NCBI GenBank assembly: GCA_963704595.1
Contig: OY969922.1
Location: forward strand, 3,754,660-3,818,659
DNA from: an uncultured Alphaproteobacteria bacterium
Lineage (GTDB): Bacteria > Pseudomonadota > Alphaproteobacteria > Rhizobiales > Amorphaceae
DNA length: 64,000 bases
Reading direction: 5' to 3'
Shown: piece by piece, positions 43,516-54,280 of the stretch
Numbering within the stretch: the stretch's first letter is position 1
Layout: each line of letters opens with the position of its first letter
Position numbers and translations under genes: made by a program
Notes under the pieces: generated by a model
Databases searched by the model: none
What the model saw: only the letters and a program-made list of their open reading frames with translations
What the model was told of the DNA's origin: nothing

Positions 43516-43678
43516 CGGGGACGAACGCTTGTGCGACGGGTCTGGGCGGAGGCGTGGCTCAACGCGGTCATGGTCGGTCCCCGGTCACGGGCGGCGGAGG
43601 GCGGTGCCGCAGGCAGGCAGTCGGTCGGCAGGCAGGAAAACGCCCGCCGGAGTGATCCGGCGGGCGCTGGTCGCTGGC

Positions 43679-44791
43679 TTACGAGGAGAGCCAGGCGTTG
43701 AAGCGCTCTTCAAGCGAGTCGCCGTAGTCGGCCCAGAACTGGGTGTCGAACTGGATGGCGTTCTTGAAGTTGTCTTCCTGGGTCGGCATGTGCGGCTTCA
43801 TGTCGATGTCGGTCTCGACCCACTTGCCGCCTTCTTCCTTCCACATGTTGCCCACGAGATCGACCGAGGACTTCCGCGCCGGAGCGTAGGAGATGTACTT
43901 GGCCTGGTCGGCGAGACGCTGCGTGTCGGTGGCGAAGAACAGGTAGTCCTTCACCTGCTCGAGCGCGTCTTCATTGTCGGCGGGGACAACCCAGCCGTCG
44001 ACCTCGAACATCTGGCCGTCCCACATGATCTCGAACGGCTGGTTCTCGTTGACCTGCGCGTTGAAGATGCGGCCGTTGTAGGCGGTCGCGATCGCGGCCT
44101 CTCCGTCGGCAAGGAGCTGCGGCGGCTGTGCGCCGGCGTCCCACCAGATCACGTTGTCCTTGATCTCGTCGAGCTTGGCGAAGGCGCGGTCCTGGCCTTC
44201 CTTGGTGGCAAGCACCTCGTAGACCTCATCCGGCGCGACGCCGTCGGCGATCAGAGCCCACTCGAGGTTCTTCTGCGGGATCTTCTCCAGCGAGCGGGTG
44301 CCGGGGAACTTCTCGAGGTCCCAGATGTCCGCGATGGTCTGCGGGCCGCCGTCCGGGAAGGCTTCCTTGTTGTAGGCGAACATGGTCGCGTACAGGATCT
44401 GCGGGATGAAGCAGTCACCCGTAGTGCCTTCGATGAAGTCTTCGCTGGCCGGGGTGCCGTCGGGCGCCTTGGCGAGCCACTCGTCGAACGGGATCTCGAG
44501 GACGAGACCCTCGTCGCAGGCGCGCTGCGCATCGGACTGCAGCATGTCGACGACGTCCCAGGAGACGTTGCCCGCCTCGACCTGGGAGCGGATGCCGGCG
44601 AGCGCCTGGTTGGACTTGTCCTCTTCCAGGATCTTCACGCCGGTCTTTTCGGTGTAGGGCGCGTGGTAAGCGTTGCGCTGCGAGCCGGAGTAGGCGCCGC
44701 CCCATGACACGATCGTCAGCGGGTCCTGCGCCATTGCGCCGGTCATCACCATCACAGAGGCAGCGGTTCCGAGTGCGATCCGTTTAATCAA
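43679..44791 (-). CDS. ABC transporter periplasmic substrate-binding protein (PotD/PotF polyamine family)
   Basis: 370 aa; signal peptide; PotD-family fold. Confidence 0.85.
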   Translation of the reverse strand: MIKRIALGTAASVMVMTGAMAQDPLTIVSWGGAYSGSQRNAYHAPYTEKTGVKILEEDKSNQALAGIRSQVEAGNVSWDVVDMLQSDAQRACDEGLVLEIPFDEWLAKAPDGTPASEDFIEGTTGDCFIPQILYATMFAYNKEAFPDGGPQTIADIWDLEKFPGTRSLEKIPQKNLEWALIADGVAPDEVYEVLATKEGQDRAFAKLDEIKDNVIWWDAGAQPPQLLADGEAAIATAYNGRIFNAQVNENQPFEIMWDGQMFEVDGWVVPADNEDALEQVKDYLFFATDTQRLADQAKYISYAPARKSSVDLVGNMWKEEGGKWVETDIDMKPHMPTQEDNFKNAIQFDTQFWADYGDSLEERFNAWLSS

Positions 44792-44914
44792 GTTTGTGCT
44801 CCTTCAGTTGTTTCTGTTCCGGCCGTCGGCATCTGCCGCGCGGTCCGGTCCGGGCCTGGCGCTGTTCCGCGGCGGACCGATCGAGATCGCTCCTCCCCGC
44901 GCATCAGCAAGACT

Positions 44915-45946
44915 TCAGGCCCCTGCCGTATCGATCGGGTCGAGTGCGTGACAGTCGCTGGTACGCCAGCCGACCGTCACGGTCTCCCCTTCGGTCAGGT
45001 CACGCTCATCGCCATGGTTGGGCACCTTGACGATGAACTGGTCGTTCCCGGCCACGTTGAGCCGGGCACGAATCGTATCGCCGAGATAGATCAACTCCTC
45101 GATCCGGCCGGACAAGGAATTATCCTCGTTCGCCTCGTTGATCGAGATCCTCTCGGGCCTCAGGGACAACGTAGTGCGCGAGCCAGTGCCGTCAATATTG
45201 ACAGCCTGCGCAGTGACTTCGCCGCCCTGGTCGAGTTCTATCTTGCACGTGTCGCCACTCACTTCGAGAACCTTGCCCGAAAGCTTGTTGTTCTCGCCGA
45301 TGAACTGCGCGACGAACGAATTCTTCGGGTGCTCGTACAGCTCCACCGGGGGCGAAAGCTGCTGGATCACGCCGTCGTTGAACACCGCGACGCGGTCCGA
45401 CATGGTCAGCGCCTCGGTCTGATCGTGCGTCACGTAGACGACGGTGACGCCGATATTGTCGTGGATGTGCTTGATCTCGTACTGCATCTGCTCGCGCAGC
45501 TGCTTGTCGAGCGCACCGAGCGGCTCGTCCATCAGGACGAGATTGGGCTCGAACACGAGGGCACGGGCGACCGCGACGCGCTGCTGCTGGCCGCCGGAGA
45601 GCTGCGCCGGGCGCCGCCCGCCGAAGCCCGAAAGCTCAACCATCGCGAGCGCACGGTCGACGCGGGTCTTGATCTCGTCCTTCCCCATGCCGCGCACCTT
45701 GAGCGGATAGGCGAGATTCTCGCCGACCGTCATGTGCGGGAACAGCGCGTAGTTCTGGAACACCATGCCGATACCGCGCTTGTGCGGCGGGAGCTGTCCG
45801 ATCGCCTTGCCGTCGAGATAGATCTCGCCATGGGTCGGCGGCTCGAAGCCCGCCAGCATCATCAAGCAAGTCGTCTTGCCCGAGCCCGATGGCCCAAGCA
45901 TCGTGAGAAACTCGCCGGGGGCGATGTCGAGGTTAAGGTCTTTCAC
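44915..45946 (-). CDS. ABC transporter ATP-binding protein (PotA-like); the true N-terminus probably extends to ~46006
   Basis: Walker [10 protein letters not shown], signature [10 protein letters not shown], Walker B LVLMDEP. The in-frame upstream peptide TSNGADTVGANVKFDGVQKSYDG lacks an obvious start codon. Confidence 0.88.
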   Translation of the reverse strand: MKDLNLDIAPGEFLTMLGPSGSGKTTCLMMLAGFEPPTHGEIYLDGKAIGQLPPHKRGIGMVFQNYALFPHMTVGENLAYPLKVRGMGKDEIKTRVDRALAMVELSGFGGRRPAQLSGGQQQRVAVARALVFEPNLVLMDEPLGALDKQLREQMQYEIKHIHDNIGVTVVYVTHDQTEALTMSDRVAVFNDGVIQQLSPPVELYEHPKNSFVAQFIGENNKLSGKVLEVSGDTCKIELDQGGEVTAQAVNIDGTGSRTTLSLRPERISINEANEDNSLSGRIEELIYLGDTIRARLNVAGNDQFIVKVPNHGDERDLTEGETVTVGWRTSDCHALDPIDTAGA

Positions 45947-46162
45947 GACCAGCGTTTCGCCGTCGTAACTTTTCTGAACGCCGTCGAATTTGACGTTCGC
46001 GCCTACAGTATCTGCGCCGTTGCTCGTCAGGGTGCCGCTCCCTCAAATTTGTGCCTCGCAATACGGCATGCCCAGCCGGCGGGCGTCAAGACCCCGCCCC
46101 GCCGGCTTTCCGCCATAATCTGACGGATTAATAACCTAAAACCAGCCGTCCGTCGCGTGCAA

Positions 46163-46534
46163 TCAGCGCGTGTGGCGCGGCGCGGGGCTCTTGGCGCGAG
46201 GGGATTTCAGTGCGTTGCCGGCGGCGGCGAGCGCGCTTCGTGCCTCGAGCTTGCGCTTCAACGGGCGGGTCCGCTTGAGCATCGTCGCCATGCTGCGGTT
46301 CGCCCGCGTCTCGACGAAGGCGACGCCGCGGTCGAGCCGGCCGGACTTCAGGCGTGCGCGCCGCATCAGCCTGCGGGCGGTCGGCGACACGCTGACGAGG
46401 ATCACAATCCCAATTGCGAGGAGAGGAACGCCGGTCGGCAGCGGCGTCCACACGGTGATTAGACCGGCAATGAGGCAGACAAATGCCGCCGCGAGCAGTC
46501 CGATCTTACGCGCCCGGTCCGTCAACGCCTTCAT
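46163..46534 (-). CDS. Hypothetical small membrane protein
   Basis: Start at MKALTDRARK; two TM helices; basic C-terminus. Confidence 0.45.
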   Translation of the reverse strand: MKALTDRARKIGLLAAAFVCLIAGLITVWTPLPTGVPLLAIGIVILVSVSPTARRLMRRARLKSGRLDRGVAFVETRANRSMATMLKRTRPLKRKLEARSALAAAGNALKSPRAKSPAPRHTR

Positions 46535-46610
46535 TCTGGCCTTTCGCACGGCGCATCGTCGCCGTGCAGAATTTACCAAGTCGGCTAAACAAAACCTTCG
46601 TGTCGCAAGG

Positions 46611-47669
46611 TTAAACCTTGCGCAGAACAAACACCTTGGACACGAACGCAGGCCAACTCGCTTCCAACTCAAGTCCTGCAGAAGCAAATACCCGATCGAA
46701 ATCTGTGGTCAAGTAAGATCGGTAGTATGGTTCGTGAAAGATTTGTGGAAACAGCTCCAGCAGCCCGTCGAGCGCGGGTGTGTCGCCGGTCTGCAGCGAG
46801 TCCACGACCACGGCCCGTCCGCCGGGTTTCAGCACCCGTGCAAACTCGGCGGCCACCAGAGGCCGCACCTTCGGCGGCAGTTCGTGGAAGAGGTAGATGT
46901 TGGTGAGAAGGTCGAACGAACCGTCCGCGAACGGCAGCCCCTCCGCCGGCGCCACCACCGCCCCGCCGCCGGCCGCCGGATTGAGCCGCGTGCGCGCAAG
47001 CTCGACGTAAGGCTCGGACAGGTCGCTTGCGATCACCGGGAGCCGCGGGAAGGCGTTCGCGAGGTCGCGCAGGAACGCGCCCGATCCACTCGCCACGTCG
47101 AGAAGCCGGAGCGAGCGCTGGTCGACCTCGGCGGCCCGTTCGGCGACCGGCACCAGCGCCTGCCGCCGCATCGCCGCCGCCGCGCCGAAGAACAGCGTCT
47201 CCACCTGCGTCTCGTAGAGGCGCGCGGACTCCTCGCTCATCCAGCCGTCGGTCTGGAAGTGGAAGTTCTGCATGTAGTAGCGCGGGCGCTTGGCGTCGGT
47301 GCGGTCGACCTCCTGGTGCGACCCCTCGGCCCTGCGGCGGACGATCTCGGGCACGTCGCGCAGGTACATCGACCGCCGTTCCAAGAGGCCGGAAAGACCG
47401 TCCGGCTCGTCGTGCGGCATCGGGTAGAGGCCGGCCTCGACGTTGGCGAGGTCGCGCGCCAGCAGCGCCCGGACATGGCGCAGCAGCACCGCACGGGGCG
47501 GCACGCCGCCGGGCGCCTCGATCACCGGCTTGGGCGGCGGCGGAAGGGTCCGGCCGACCTTCTTCGCAAGGCGCGTCGCGGCCATGCTCTGGCTTGCGTA
47601 CCAGCCGACGCGGGCGGCCTGCGCAACGCTGAAGCGGGCCCTCAGGGCAAGGCGTTCGACCGGGGTCAT
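46611..47669 (-). CDS. Class I SAM-dependent methyltransferase
   Basis: Motif I LLDVASGSGAF; 352 aa. Confidence 0.8.
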   Translation of the reverse strand: MTPVERLALRARFSVAQAARVGWYASQSMAATRLAKKVGRTLPPPPKPVIEAPGGVPPRAVLLRHVRALLARDLANVEAGLYPMPHDEPDGLSGLLERRSMYLRDVPEIVRRRAEGSHQEVDRTDAKRPRYYMQNFHFQTDGWMSEESARLYETQVETLFFGAAAAMRRQALVPVAERAAEVDQRSLRLLDVASGSGAFLRDLANAFPRLPVIASDLSEPYVELARTRLNPAAGGGAVVAPAEGLPFADGSFDLLTNIYLFHELPPKVRPLVAAEFARVLKPGGRAVVVDSLQTGDTPALDGLLELFPQIFHEPYYRSYLTTDFDRVFASAGLELEASWPAFVSKVFVLRKV

Positions 47670-48912
47670 CTAGTCTCTCCGCAGGACGGCGACGGCCTCC
47701 ACATGAGCGGTCGCCACAAACTGATCGACGGGCGTGACGGTCTCGATCCGGTAGCCCGCGGCGGTGAGGATCGCGCAATCGCGGGCCAAGGTCGACGGCT
47801 CGCACGACACCGCGACGATGCGCGCAACCTCCGACGCCCGCCAGCGCCTCGGCGAGCGCCTTGGCGCCGGCACGCGGCGGGTCGAACACCACCGCATCGA
47901 AGACGTTGAGCTCGGCGGCATTGAGCGGATGGCGCATCAGGTCGCGCCGTGCGGCCTCGACGGGCTTGCGGCCACTCGTCCGGCGCACGGCCGATTCCAG
48001 CGCCGCGATGGCGGGCGCGTCGCCGTCGATCGCCCGCACGGCGGCCCGGCGCGACAGCGGCAGCGTGAACGTGCCGAGGCCGCAGAACGCGTCGAACACC
48101 CGGCCCGCGTCGCCGACGCCGGCGAGCACCGCCTCGGTCAGCGCCGCCTCCCCCTCGCGCGTCGCCTGCAGGAACGCGCCGGGCGGCAGGGGCACGAACA
48201 CACCGTCGAACTCCACCTGCGGCGTCTCGCGGGCGAACAGGATCTCGTCACCCTCCGCAATGCGCAGGATCGCCGGGTCGTCCGCACTGATGCGCAGGGA
48301 TTCCTTGGCGCGCGGGCGCTTGCCCCGCCGGCCGGGCTTCTGCGGCTTCTGCGCTTTGGGCGAAGAGAGCGCGACGTCGACGCCGTTGGCGCAGAGCGTC
48401 GCGACCAGCCGGGCCTCGCCGCGCTGTCCTGCCGCCGAGCGGGCGATGTCGCGCAGGACCGGGAGGAGCGCGTTGAGCCGCGGCTCCAGCGCCGGGCAAT
48501 CCGGCACGTCGATGATGTCGTGGGTGCTGCGGGCGAAGTAGCCGACCTTGCCGTCCTTCGACGTCAGCGTCAGCCGGCGGCGGCTCGCGAGCGGGGAGCG
48601 CGCCATCGGGCCGACCGGCGCCTCGAGCCCGTGCCGGGCGAGCGCGTTGACCACGCGGCCACGCTTCCACTCGGCGTAGAGCCCATCGCCGAGGTGCTGG
48701 AGCCGGCAGCCGCCGCAGATGCCGAACAGCGGACAGGGCGGCACCGCACGATCCCGCGAGAGCGGCTCGATGATCGCGCTCCCCTCCCCGCGGCGGACGC
48801 GGTCGCCGGGGATGGCGAGCGGCACCGGCCGGCCGCCGTGCTCCAGCACACCGTCGCCGGCATCGTCGAGCCCGACGACCGCCTCGTCCGGGGCGGGTCC
48901 GGATGAACTCAT
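47670..48912 (-). CDS. rlmD: 23S rRNA (uracil-5)-methyltransferase RlmD/RumA-like (TRAM + [4Fe-4S] + MTase), 1-nt frame shift near 47840
   Basis: [14 protein letters not shown] and DVPDCP cluster cysteines; [17 protein letters not shown] then a shift into [17 protein letters not shown]...[11 protein letters not shown] (ORF 47670..47921). Confidence 0.85.
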
Positions 48913-49628
48913 GTCGCCTGTGCTGCAATCAGCCATTCGCGGTTGCCGTCGCCCCCTTCGATGGGCGACGCGGTGCGCCCCATAATTGAAAATCCGGCCG
49001 CCGCGACGGCCGCCTCGACGCGGTCGACCGCGGAGAGCGCGGCGCCCTCGTCCCGCACGATGCCGCCCTTGCCGATCTCGGCCCGCCCCACCTCGAACTG
49101 CGGCTTGACCAGCGCCACCATGCGCGCCGCCGGCGCCGCTGTCGCCAGAACCGCGGGCAGCACCAGCGTCAGCGAGATGAAGCTGACGTCGAAGGTGAGG
49201 AAATCAGGCCGGTAGGCGAGATCTGCGGCCGTCAGCGTCCGCGCGTTCGTGCCGTCCATCACGGTGACCCGCGGGTCGTCCGCGATCACCGGCGCAAGCT
49301 GGCCGTGGCCGACGTCCAGTGCGATCACATGGGCAGCGCCGCGGCGCAAGAGGACTTCGGTGAAGCCGCCGGTGGAGGCCCCGGTGTCGAGCGCCCTCGC
49401 CCCCGCCGGATCGAGGCCGAAATGGTCCAGCGCATGGACGAGCTTGTGCGCGCCGCGGCCGACATAAGGGTCGGCCTCCGCGGTTAGCACGGCGCCGTGC
49501 GCAACGTTCTGGCCGGGTCGTTTCGCGGGCGCGCCGTCGACCGTGACGGCACCGCGCAGGATCGCCTCGCGCGCCTGGCTGCGGGTGCGGGCAAGGCCGC
49601 GTTCGACGAGGAGCTGGTCGAGGCGCAC
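48909..49628 (-). CDS. tlyA: TlyA family rRNA (cytidine-2'-O)-methyltransferase
   Basis: S4 domain followed by FtsJ-like MTase (LDTGASTGGFTEVLL). Confidence 0.88.
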   Translation of the reverse strand: MRLDQLLVERGLARTRSQAREAILRGAVTVDGAPAKRPGQNVAHGAVLTAEADPYVGRGAHKLVHALDHFGLDPAGARALDTGASTGGFTEVLLRRGAAHVIALDVGHGQLAPVIADDPRVTVMDGTNARTLTAADLAYRPDFLTFDVSFISLTLVLPAVLATAAPAARMVALVKPQFEVGRAEIGKGGIVRDEGAALSAVDRVEAAVAAAGFSIMGRTASPIEGGDGNREWLIAAQAT

Positions 49629-49677
49629 GCCGTCAGCGCGCGGCGGCGGCAGGCGCTTCCATGCGGCCGCTCAAGCG

Positions 49678-49801
49678 CAGATCAGCTGGCCGAACGCGGT
49701 GATCGCGGTGAACACCGCATCTCCGGCGAAGTACCAGAGCGCACCGCCCAGCGCGAGGACGAACGTGCCCGCCGCGAGCCCGAGGGACGTCTCCAGCGTC
49801 A
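49678..49801 (-). CDS. Candidate 40-aa single-TM protein (MTLETSLGLAAGTFVLALGGALWYFAGDAVFTAITAFGQLICA)
   Basis: Read directly; start overlaps the sco stop (ATGA); below the ORF-track length cut-off. Confidence 0.3.
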
Positions 49802-50467
49802 TCCGCTGACGAGGTTGCGCAGCGTCTGCATCGTTTGCGCCTCCTGTGCCTCCAGCACATCCGCGTTCTGCCGCATCTGCGGCGACAGGAACGGAACATA
49901 GTCCACAAACTTGCCGTCCGCATCAAACAGAAGCGTGTCGGACGTGTGGTTCATTGTGTAGCCGCCGCTCTGGAGCGGCACCTTCTCGAATTTCACGTTG
50001 TAGCGGTCGGCGACCTCGCGGATCTCCTCCGGCGTCTTCGCGGTGAGGCCGATGATGCGCTGGTCGAAGGCCTTCACGTACTGGCCGAGGACTTCGGGCG
50101 TGTCCTGCTCGGGGTCGACGGAGACGAACACGATGTTGATCCTGTCGCCGTCATCGCCCAGCGCCTTCAGCCAGTTGGCGGCATCGAGGAGCGCGGTGGG
50201 GCACACGTCCGGGCAGTGGGTGAAGCCGAAGAAGAAGGCGGCCGGCTTGCCGCGGAGGTCGTCGGCGGTGACCGTCTCGCCGTTGGTGTCGGTCAGGCTG
50301 AACGGGCCGCCTGCCTCGGCGTAGCGCGAGCGGGAGAAGGCGGCGGCGATGTTGTTGCTGGCGGCCGGGGTCTCGGGCGAGAAGTAGGTCTTGCCGACCC
50401 AGACGCCCGCCGTTGTCGCGCCGACCACGATGACGAGCGCCCAAAGCACCATCCGAACGATACGCAT
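49799..50467 (-). CDS. sco: SCO1/SenC family copper chaperone
   Basis: TM anchor; thioredoxin fold with CPDVC and conserved His. Confidence 0.88.
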   Translation of the reverse strand: MRIVRMVLWALVIVVGATTAGVWVGKTYFSPETPAASNNIAAAFSRSRYAEAGGPFSLTDTNGETVTADDLRGKPAAFFFGFTHCPDVCPTALLDAANWLKALGDDGDRINIVFVSVDPEQDTPEVLGQYVKAFDQRIIGLTAKTPEEIREVADRYNVKFEKVPLQSGGYTMNHTSDTLLFDADGKFVDYVPFLSPQMRQNADVLEAQEAQTMQTLRNLVSG

Positions 50468-51822
50468 CAGTTCACCTCTTCCGTCTGCCGCTCGGTATCG
50501 GCCCCGGCGGCGCCGCTGTCCACCGTGCCGGCTGCGGCGTCATCGCCCACCGGCTCGTCGGTGCTGGTGACCAGCTCCTCGATCTCGGCCGGCACCACCG
50601 CGCCGATCGGGGCGGTGGCGTAGAGGTCGAAGTCGCTGCGGATGGCTTCGGCCGGACGGCGGCGCACGAGGATGCGCAGCGCGATGAAGGCGCAGAGGCC
50701 GCCCGAGGCGAGCGCCGCGACGAGGAACAGGCCGCCCGGGCCGAACAGCATCATGGCGAGCGAGGCGAGGATCGGGCCGATGGTGGAGCCGACGCCGAAG
50801 AGGAGGTTCATGCTGGCGCTGGTCTCGACGAGATCGTCGGGCTCGGTCCAGTCGTAGGCGTGGGCGGCGGCGAGCGAGTAGCTCGGCAGCGTCACGAAGC
50901 CGAAGCCGAAGCCGAGCGCGAGCACCATCGGGAACGCCATCGCCGAGGCGGCCATGAGGAAGACCGCTAGGGCGACGGAGGCCGCGGCGCTGACGAGGAG
51001 GACGAGGCGCCGGTCGAGGAAGTCCGACGTGCGGCCGAAGGGGTACTGGCCGAGCGCGCCGCCCAGAACGATGGACGAGGCGAACAGCGCCGCCTCGCCG
51101 GTGGTGAAGCCGGAGCCGACCGCGAACACCGCGCTCAGCGAGAGCACCGAGCCAACCATCAGCCCGGACGCGAAGCCGCCGACGAAGGCCGCGGGGGCAA
51201 GGTCCCACAGGCGCCGTGGCCGGAACTGCACGTGCGGGATCGGCGCCGGCTGCGTCGCGCGGGTGAGCGCGACGGGGACCGCGGCGACCGAGAGCAGGAT
51301 CGAGCACAGCGAGAACAGGCCGAACCCGTCGAGCGGGCGGGCGGTGACGCCGAGCTGGCCGATGGTGATCGCGCCGTAGGTGATGATGATGTAGGTGCTC
51401 ATCACCGCGCCGCGGGTCTCGGAGCTCGATTTCTCGTTGAGCCAGCTCTCCACGATCACGAGAACGATCGAGATGCACACGCCGATCAGGAAGCGGAAGA
51501 CGAGCCACTCGACCTCACCCACCGCAAGCGGGAAGATCAGCGCCGCCGCCGAAACGCACGACACCATCGCAGCAAAGGCGCGGATGTGGCCCGAGCGCAT
51601 GATGATGCGCGGCGCGACGAGGCAGCCGAGAACGAACCCGCCATAGTAGCTCGCACCGAGAAGACCGATGGTGAGCTGGCTGAAGCCCTCGGATTCGGCA
51701 CGCAGCGGGACGAGCGTCGTCTGCAGTCCGTAGCCGAGGTACAGCAGCGCCGTGCCGATAAGCAGCGCCGTTACAGGCGCCAGCGCACCCCTGAGGGAGA
51801 CCTTGTTTGTGGCGGTCGTCAC
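50467..51822 (-). CDS. MFS transporter
   Basis: 451 aa; 12 predicted TM segments. Confidence 0.8.
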   Translation of the reverse strand: MTTATNKVSLRGALAPVTALLIGTALLYLGYGLQTTLVPLRAESEGFSQLTIGLLGASYYGGFVLGCLVAPRIIMRSGHIRAFAAMVSCVSAAALIFPLAVGEVEWLVFRFLIGVCISIVLVIVESWLNEKSSSETRGAVMSTYIIITYGAITIGQLGVTARPLDGFGLFSLCSILLSVAAVPVALTRATQPAPIPHVQFRPRRLWDLAPAAFVGGFASGLMVGSVLSLSAVFAVGSGFTTGEAALFASSIVLGGALGQYPFGRTSDFLDRRLVLLVSAAASVALAVFLMAASAMAFPMVLALGFGFGFVTLPSYSLAAAHAYDWTEPDDLVETSASMNLLFGVGSTIGPILASLAMMLFGPGGLFLVAALASGGLCAFIALRILVRRRPAEAIRSDFDLYATAPIGAVVPAEIEELVTSTDEPVGDDAAAGTVDSGAAGADTERQTEEVN

Positions 51823-51963
51823 AATGGAGCTCCGAGGCTGGCTTTGCCTGCCCGGTTACGCGTCATGTGGCGCGATGTCGACCCGCAAACGCACTGGCAG
51901 ACATGCGCAAACATAGTCTTGTGCAAGCTTGCGCGGCAGACGGCCGCAAAAAGCGGCTGGCCG

Positions 51964-52233
51964 TCAGAAGGGGATGTCGTCCAGCGGCTCGACGGGGCGC
52001 GCGGCATCGGGCGTTCCGTCCGCCTTCAGGCGCACCTTTTCCACGCGCATCTCGGCATTCTTGAGGAGCGCATCGCAGCGGGCCTTCAGCGCCTCGCCGC
52101 GCTCGTAGAAGGCGATGCTCTGCTCCAGCGGAACGTCGCCGCGCTCCAGCTTGTCGACAATGGCTTCGAGTTCGCCCATCGCCGCCTCGAAGGTGAGCTC
52201 TTCGACCGGGGTGCTTGTGTCTTCGTTGGCCAT
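51964..52233 (-). CDS. xseB: Exodeoxyribonuclease VII small subunit
   Basis: Start at MANEDTS; LTFEAAMGELEAIVDKLERGDVPLEQSIAFYERGEAL. Confidence 0.88.
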   Translation of the reverse strand: MANEDTSTPVEELTFEAAMGELEAIVDKLERGDVPLEQSIAFYERGEALKARCDALLKNAEMRVEKVRLKADGTPDAARPVEPLDDIPF

Positions 52234-52241
52234 TGGTCCTC

Positions 52242-53162
52242 CTAGACGCCCGCCAGCGCGCCGACATGGGCCGCGGCACTCCGGCCGAGCGCACCGAGAT
52301 CGTAGCCGCCCTCCAGCACCGAAACGACCCGCCCGTGCGCGGTTTGCGCGGCGAGGTCCATCATCTGGTGCGTGATCCACACATAATCATCCTCCACCAG
52401 CGCCATCCCGCCGAGAGGATCGTCCGCATGGGCGTCGAACCCGGCCGAGAGGATGACGAGTTCGGGCCGGAACGCCGCAACCGCCTCGACCACCGCCTCG
52501 AAGAGTGGCCGGTATTGCGCGCCGTCCGTCCCGGCCGCGACCGGGATGTTGAGGATGTTGCCGGCACCCGTTTCGGCCGCAGAGCCAGTCCCCGGATAGA
52601 GCGGCGACTGGTGGGTCGACGCGTAAAGCACCGACGGGTCGTCCCAGAAGATGTCCTGCGTGCCGTTGCCGTGATGAACGTCGAAGTCGACGATGGCGAC
52701 GCGCTCGATGCCGTGGACCGCCTGCGCGTGCCGCGCCGCGATGGCGACATGGTTGATAAGGCAGAAGCCCATGGCGGTGGTGCGCTCGGCATGGTGGCCG
52801 GGCGGGCGCGCCACGACGAACGCGTTGTGCGCCTCGAGGCCGACCACGGCGTCGACCGCCGCGATGGCGGCGCCGCTGGCGAGCCGCGCCGCGCGCCAGG
52901 ATTCGGGACCGATGTGGGTGTCGGGGTCGAGCGCGATCATGCCGGATTCGGGGATCGAGGCGGTGAGCCGCTCCAGATAGGACGAGGGGTGGCACCGGGC
53001 GATGGCCTCGTAGGAGGCGGGCTCGGCGGTGCGCCGCTCCAGCCCGTCGAACCGGCGGTCGCCGAGCGCCTGGAGCACGGCGCCCATGCGGGCGGAGCGC
53101 TCCGGGTGGCGCGGCGGCGTCTGGTGCCGTGCGAACAGCGGGTCGGTGTAGATCAGCGTCAT
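52242..53162 (-). CDS. Histone-deacetylase-family protein (second paralogue in this window)
   Basis: MTLIYTDPLF...; PPGHHA, DFDVHHGNGTQ, SAGFDAHADDPLGGM, EGGY. Confidence 0.88.
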   Translation of the reverse strand: MTLIYTDPLFARHQTPPRHPERSARMGAVLQALGDRRFDGLERRTAEPASYEAIARCHPSSYLERLTASIPESGMIALDPDTHIGPESWRAARLASGAAIAAVDAVVGLEAHNAFVVARPPGHHAERTTAMGFCLINHVAIAARHAQAVHGIERVAIVDFDVHHGNGTQDIFWDDPSVLYASTHQSPLYPGTGSAAETGAGNILNIPVAAGTDGAQYRPLFEAVVEAVAAFRPELVILSAGFDAHADDPLGGMALVEDDYVWITHQMMDLAAQTAHGRVVSVLEGGYDLGALGRSAAAHVGALAGV

Positions 53163-54178
53163 CCGGTCTCTTTCGCCTCTGTTCGGTCGGTCCCGCCGGG
53201 GTCGCTGTCCTCCGGCCGCGGGGCGGCGGCCCGGCGCAGCCTGTCGGCAATGGCGATGCCGATGCCCTCCGCCGGGATCGGCGAGACGGCGATGGTGCCG
53301 ACGCCCGCCCGGTCGAGGAGCCGGAGCCCGGCATAGAGGCTGCGCGCCGCTTCGTCGAGGTTGCCGCTGGGCGAAAGGCGCACGGTGTGCTCTTCGGCTG
53401 CGGCGCTGTCCGCCTCGCCGAACGCCAGCCACCCCTCCCCCGCCCGCACGTCCGCCGCCACCACGTCGAGCCGCAGGCGCGCGCGAGGCGCGTAATGCGA
53501 TGCGAGGAGCCCCGGCGAGCGGAGCGGGCCCTCCGCGGCGGCACCGTCGGCGAGCGGCCCGACGACTGCCTCGATCTCCGCGCGGCCGATGGCGCCCGGC
53601 CGCAGGACACGCGGCGCCCCGGTGACGTCGACAACGGTCGATTCCACGCCGATGGGCGACGGCCCGCCGTCGACGATGAGGTCGACCGCATCGCCCAGTT
53701 CCTCGGCGACCGCCTTGGCGCTGGTCGCGCTCACCCGGCCGGAGCGGTTGGCGCTCGGCGCGACAAGCGGCCCGGTCCGCGCGATGATGTCGCGCATCAG
53801 GGGTGCGGCGGGCATCCGCAGCGCCACCGTCAGCCCCCCGGCGGCTGCGGCAGGGGCGACCCCGGCGTCCTCCCGCCGAGTCGCGACGAGGGTGAGCGGC
53901 CCAGGCCAGAACGCTGCGGCCAGCGCCTCGCCGGCCTCGCCGAGCATCCCGATCCTGCGCGCCATCGCGGCGTCCGCAACGTGCACGATCAGGGGGTTGT
54001 GAGAGGGGCGGCCCTTGGCGGCGAAGATGCGCGCGACGGCGTCCGGGTTCGCGGCGACCGCGGCGAGGCCGTACACCGTTTCCGTCGGCAGCGCGACGAG
54101 CCCACCCGCGGTTAGGCACTCCACCGCCCGCGCCACGGTGTCCTCGCCCGCGTCCACAATGCGCCCGCTGTTCCCCAC
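53159..54178 (-). CDS. tsaC: L-threonylcarbamoyladenylate synthase (Sua5/YciO/YrdC + Sua5 C-terminal domain)
   Basis: GTG start after AAGGAG; LPTETVYGLAA ... SANRSG; Sua5 C-terminal domain. Confidence 0.85.
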   Translation of the reverse strand: MGNSGRIVDAGEDTVARAVECLTAGGLVALPTETVYGLAAVAANPDAVARIFAAKGRPSHNPLIVHVADAAMARRIGMLGEAGEALAAAFWPGPLTLVATRREDAGVAPAAAAGGLTVALRMPAAPLMRDIIARTGPLVAPSANRSGRVSATSAKAVAEELGDAVDLIVDGGPSPIGVESTVVDVTGAPRVLRPGAIGRAEIEAVVGPLADGAAAEGPLRSPGLLASHYAPRARLRLDVVAADVRAGEGWLAFGEADSAAAEEHTVRLSPSGNLDEAARSLYAGLRLLDRAGVGTIAVSPIPAEGIGIAIADRLRRAAAPRPEDSDPGGTDRTEAKETG

Positions 54179-54280
54179 CGCCGTTCCTGCTCCTTGCAAC
54201 CGGACACTTATGCCATGATCCTCCCGCCTTTCGGCAAGCAATGCCTTCCCGCCACTCCAACAACAAGGCAAGCGGACACC

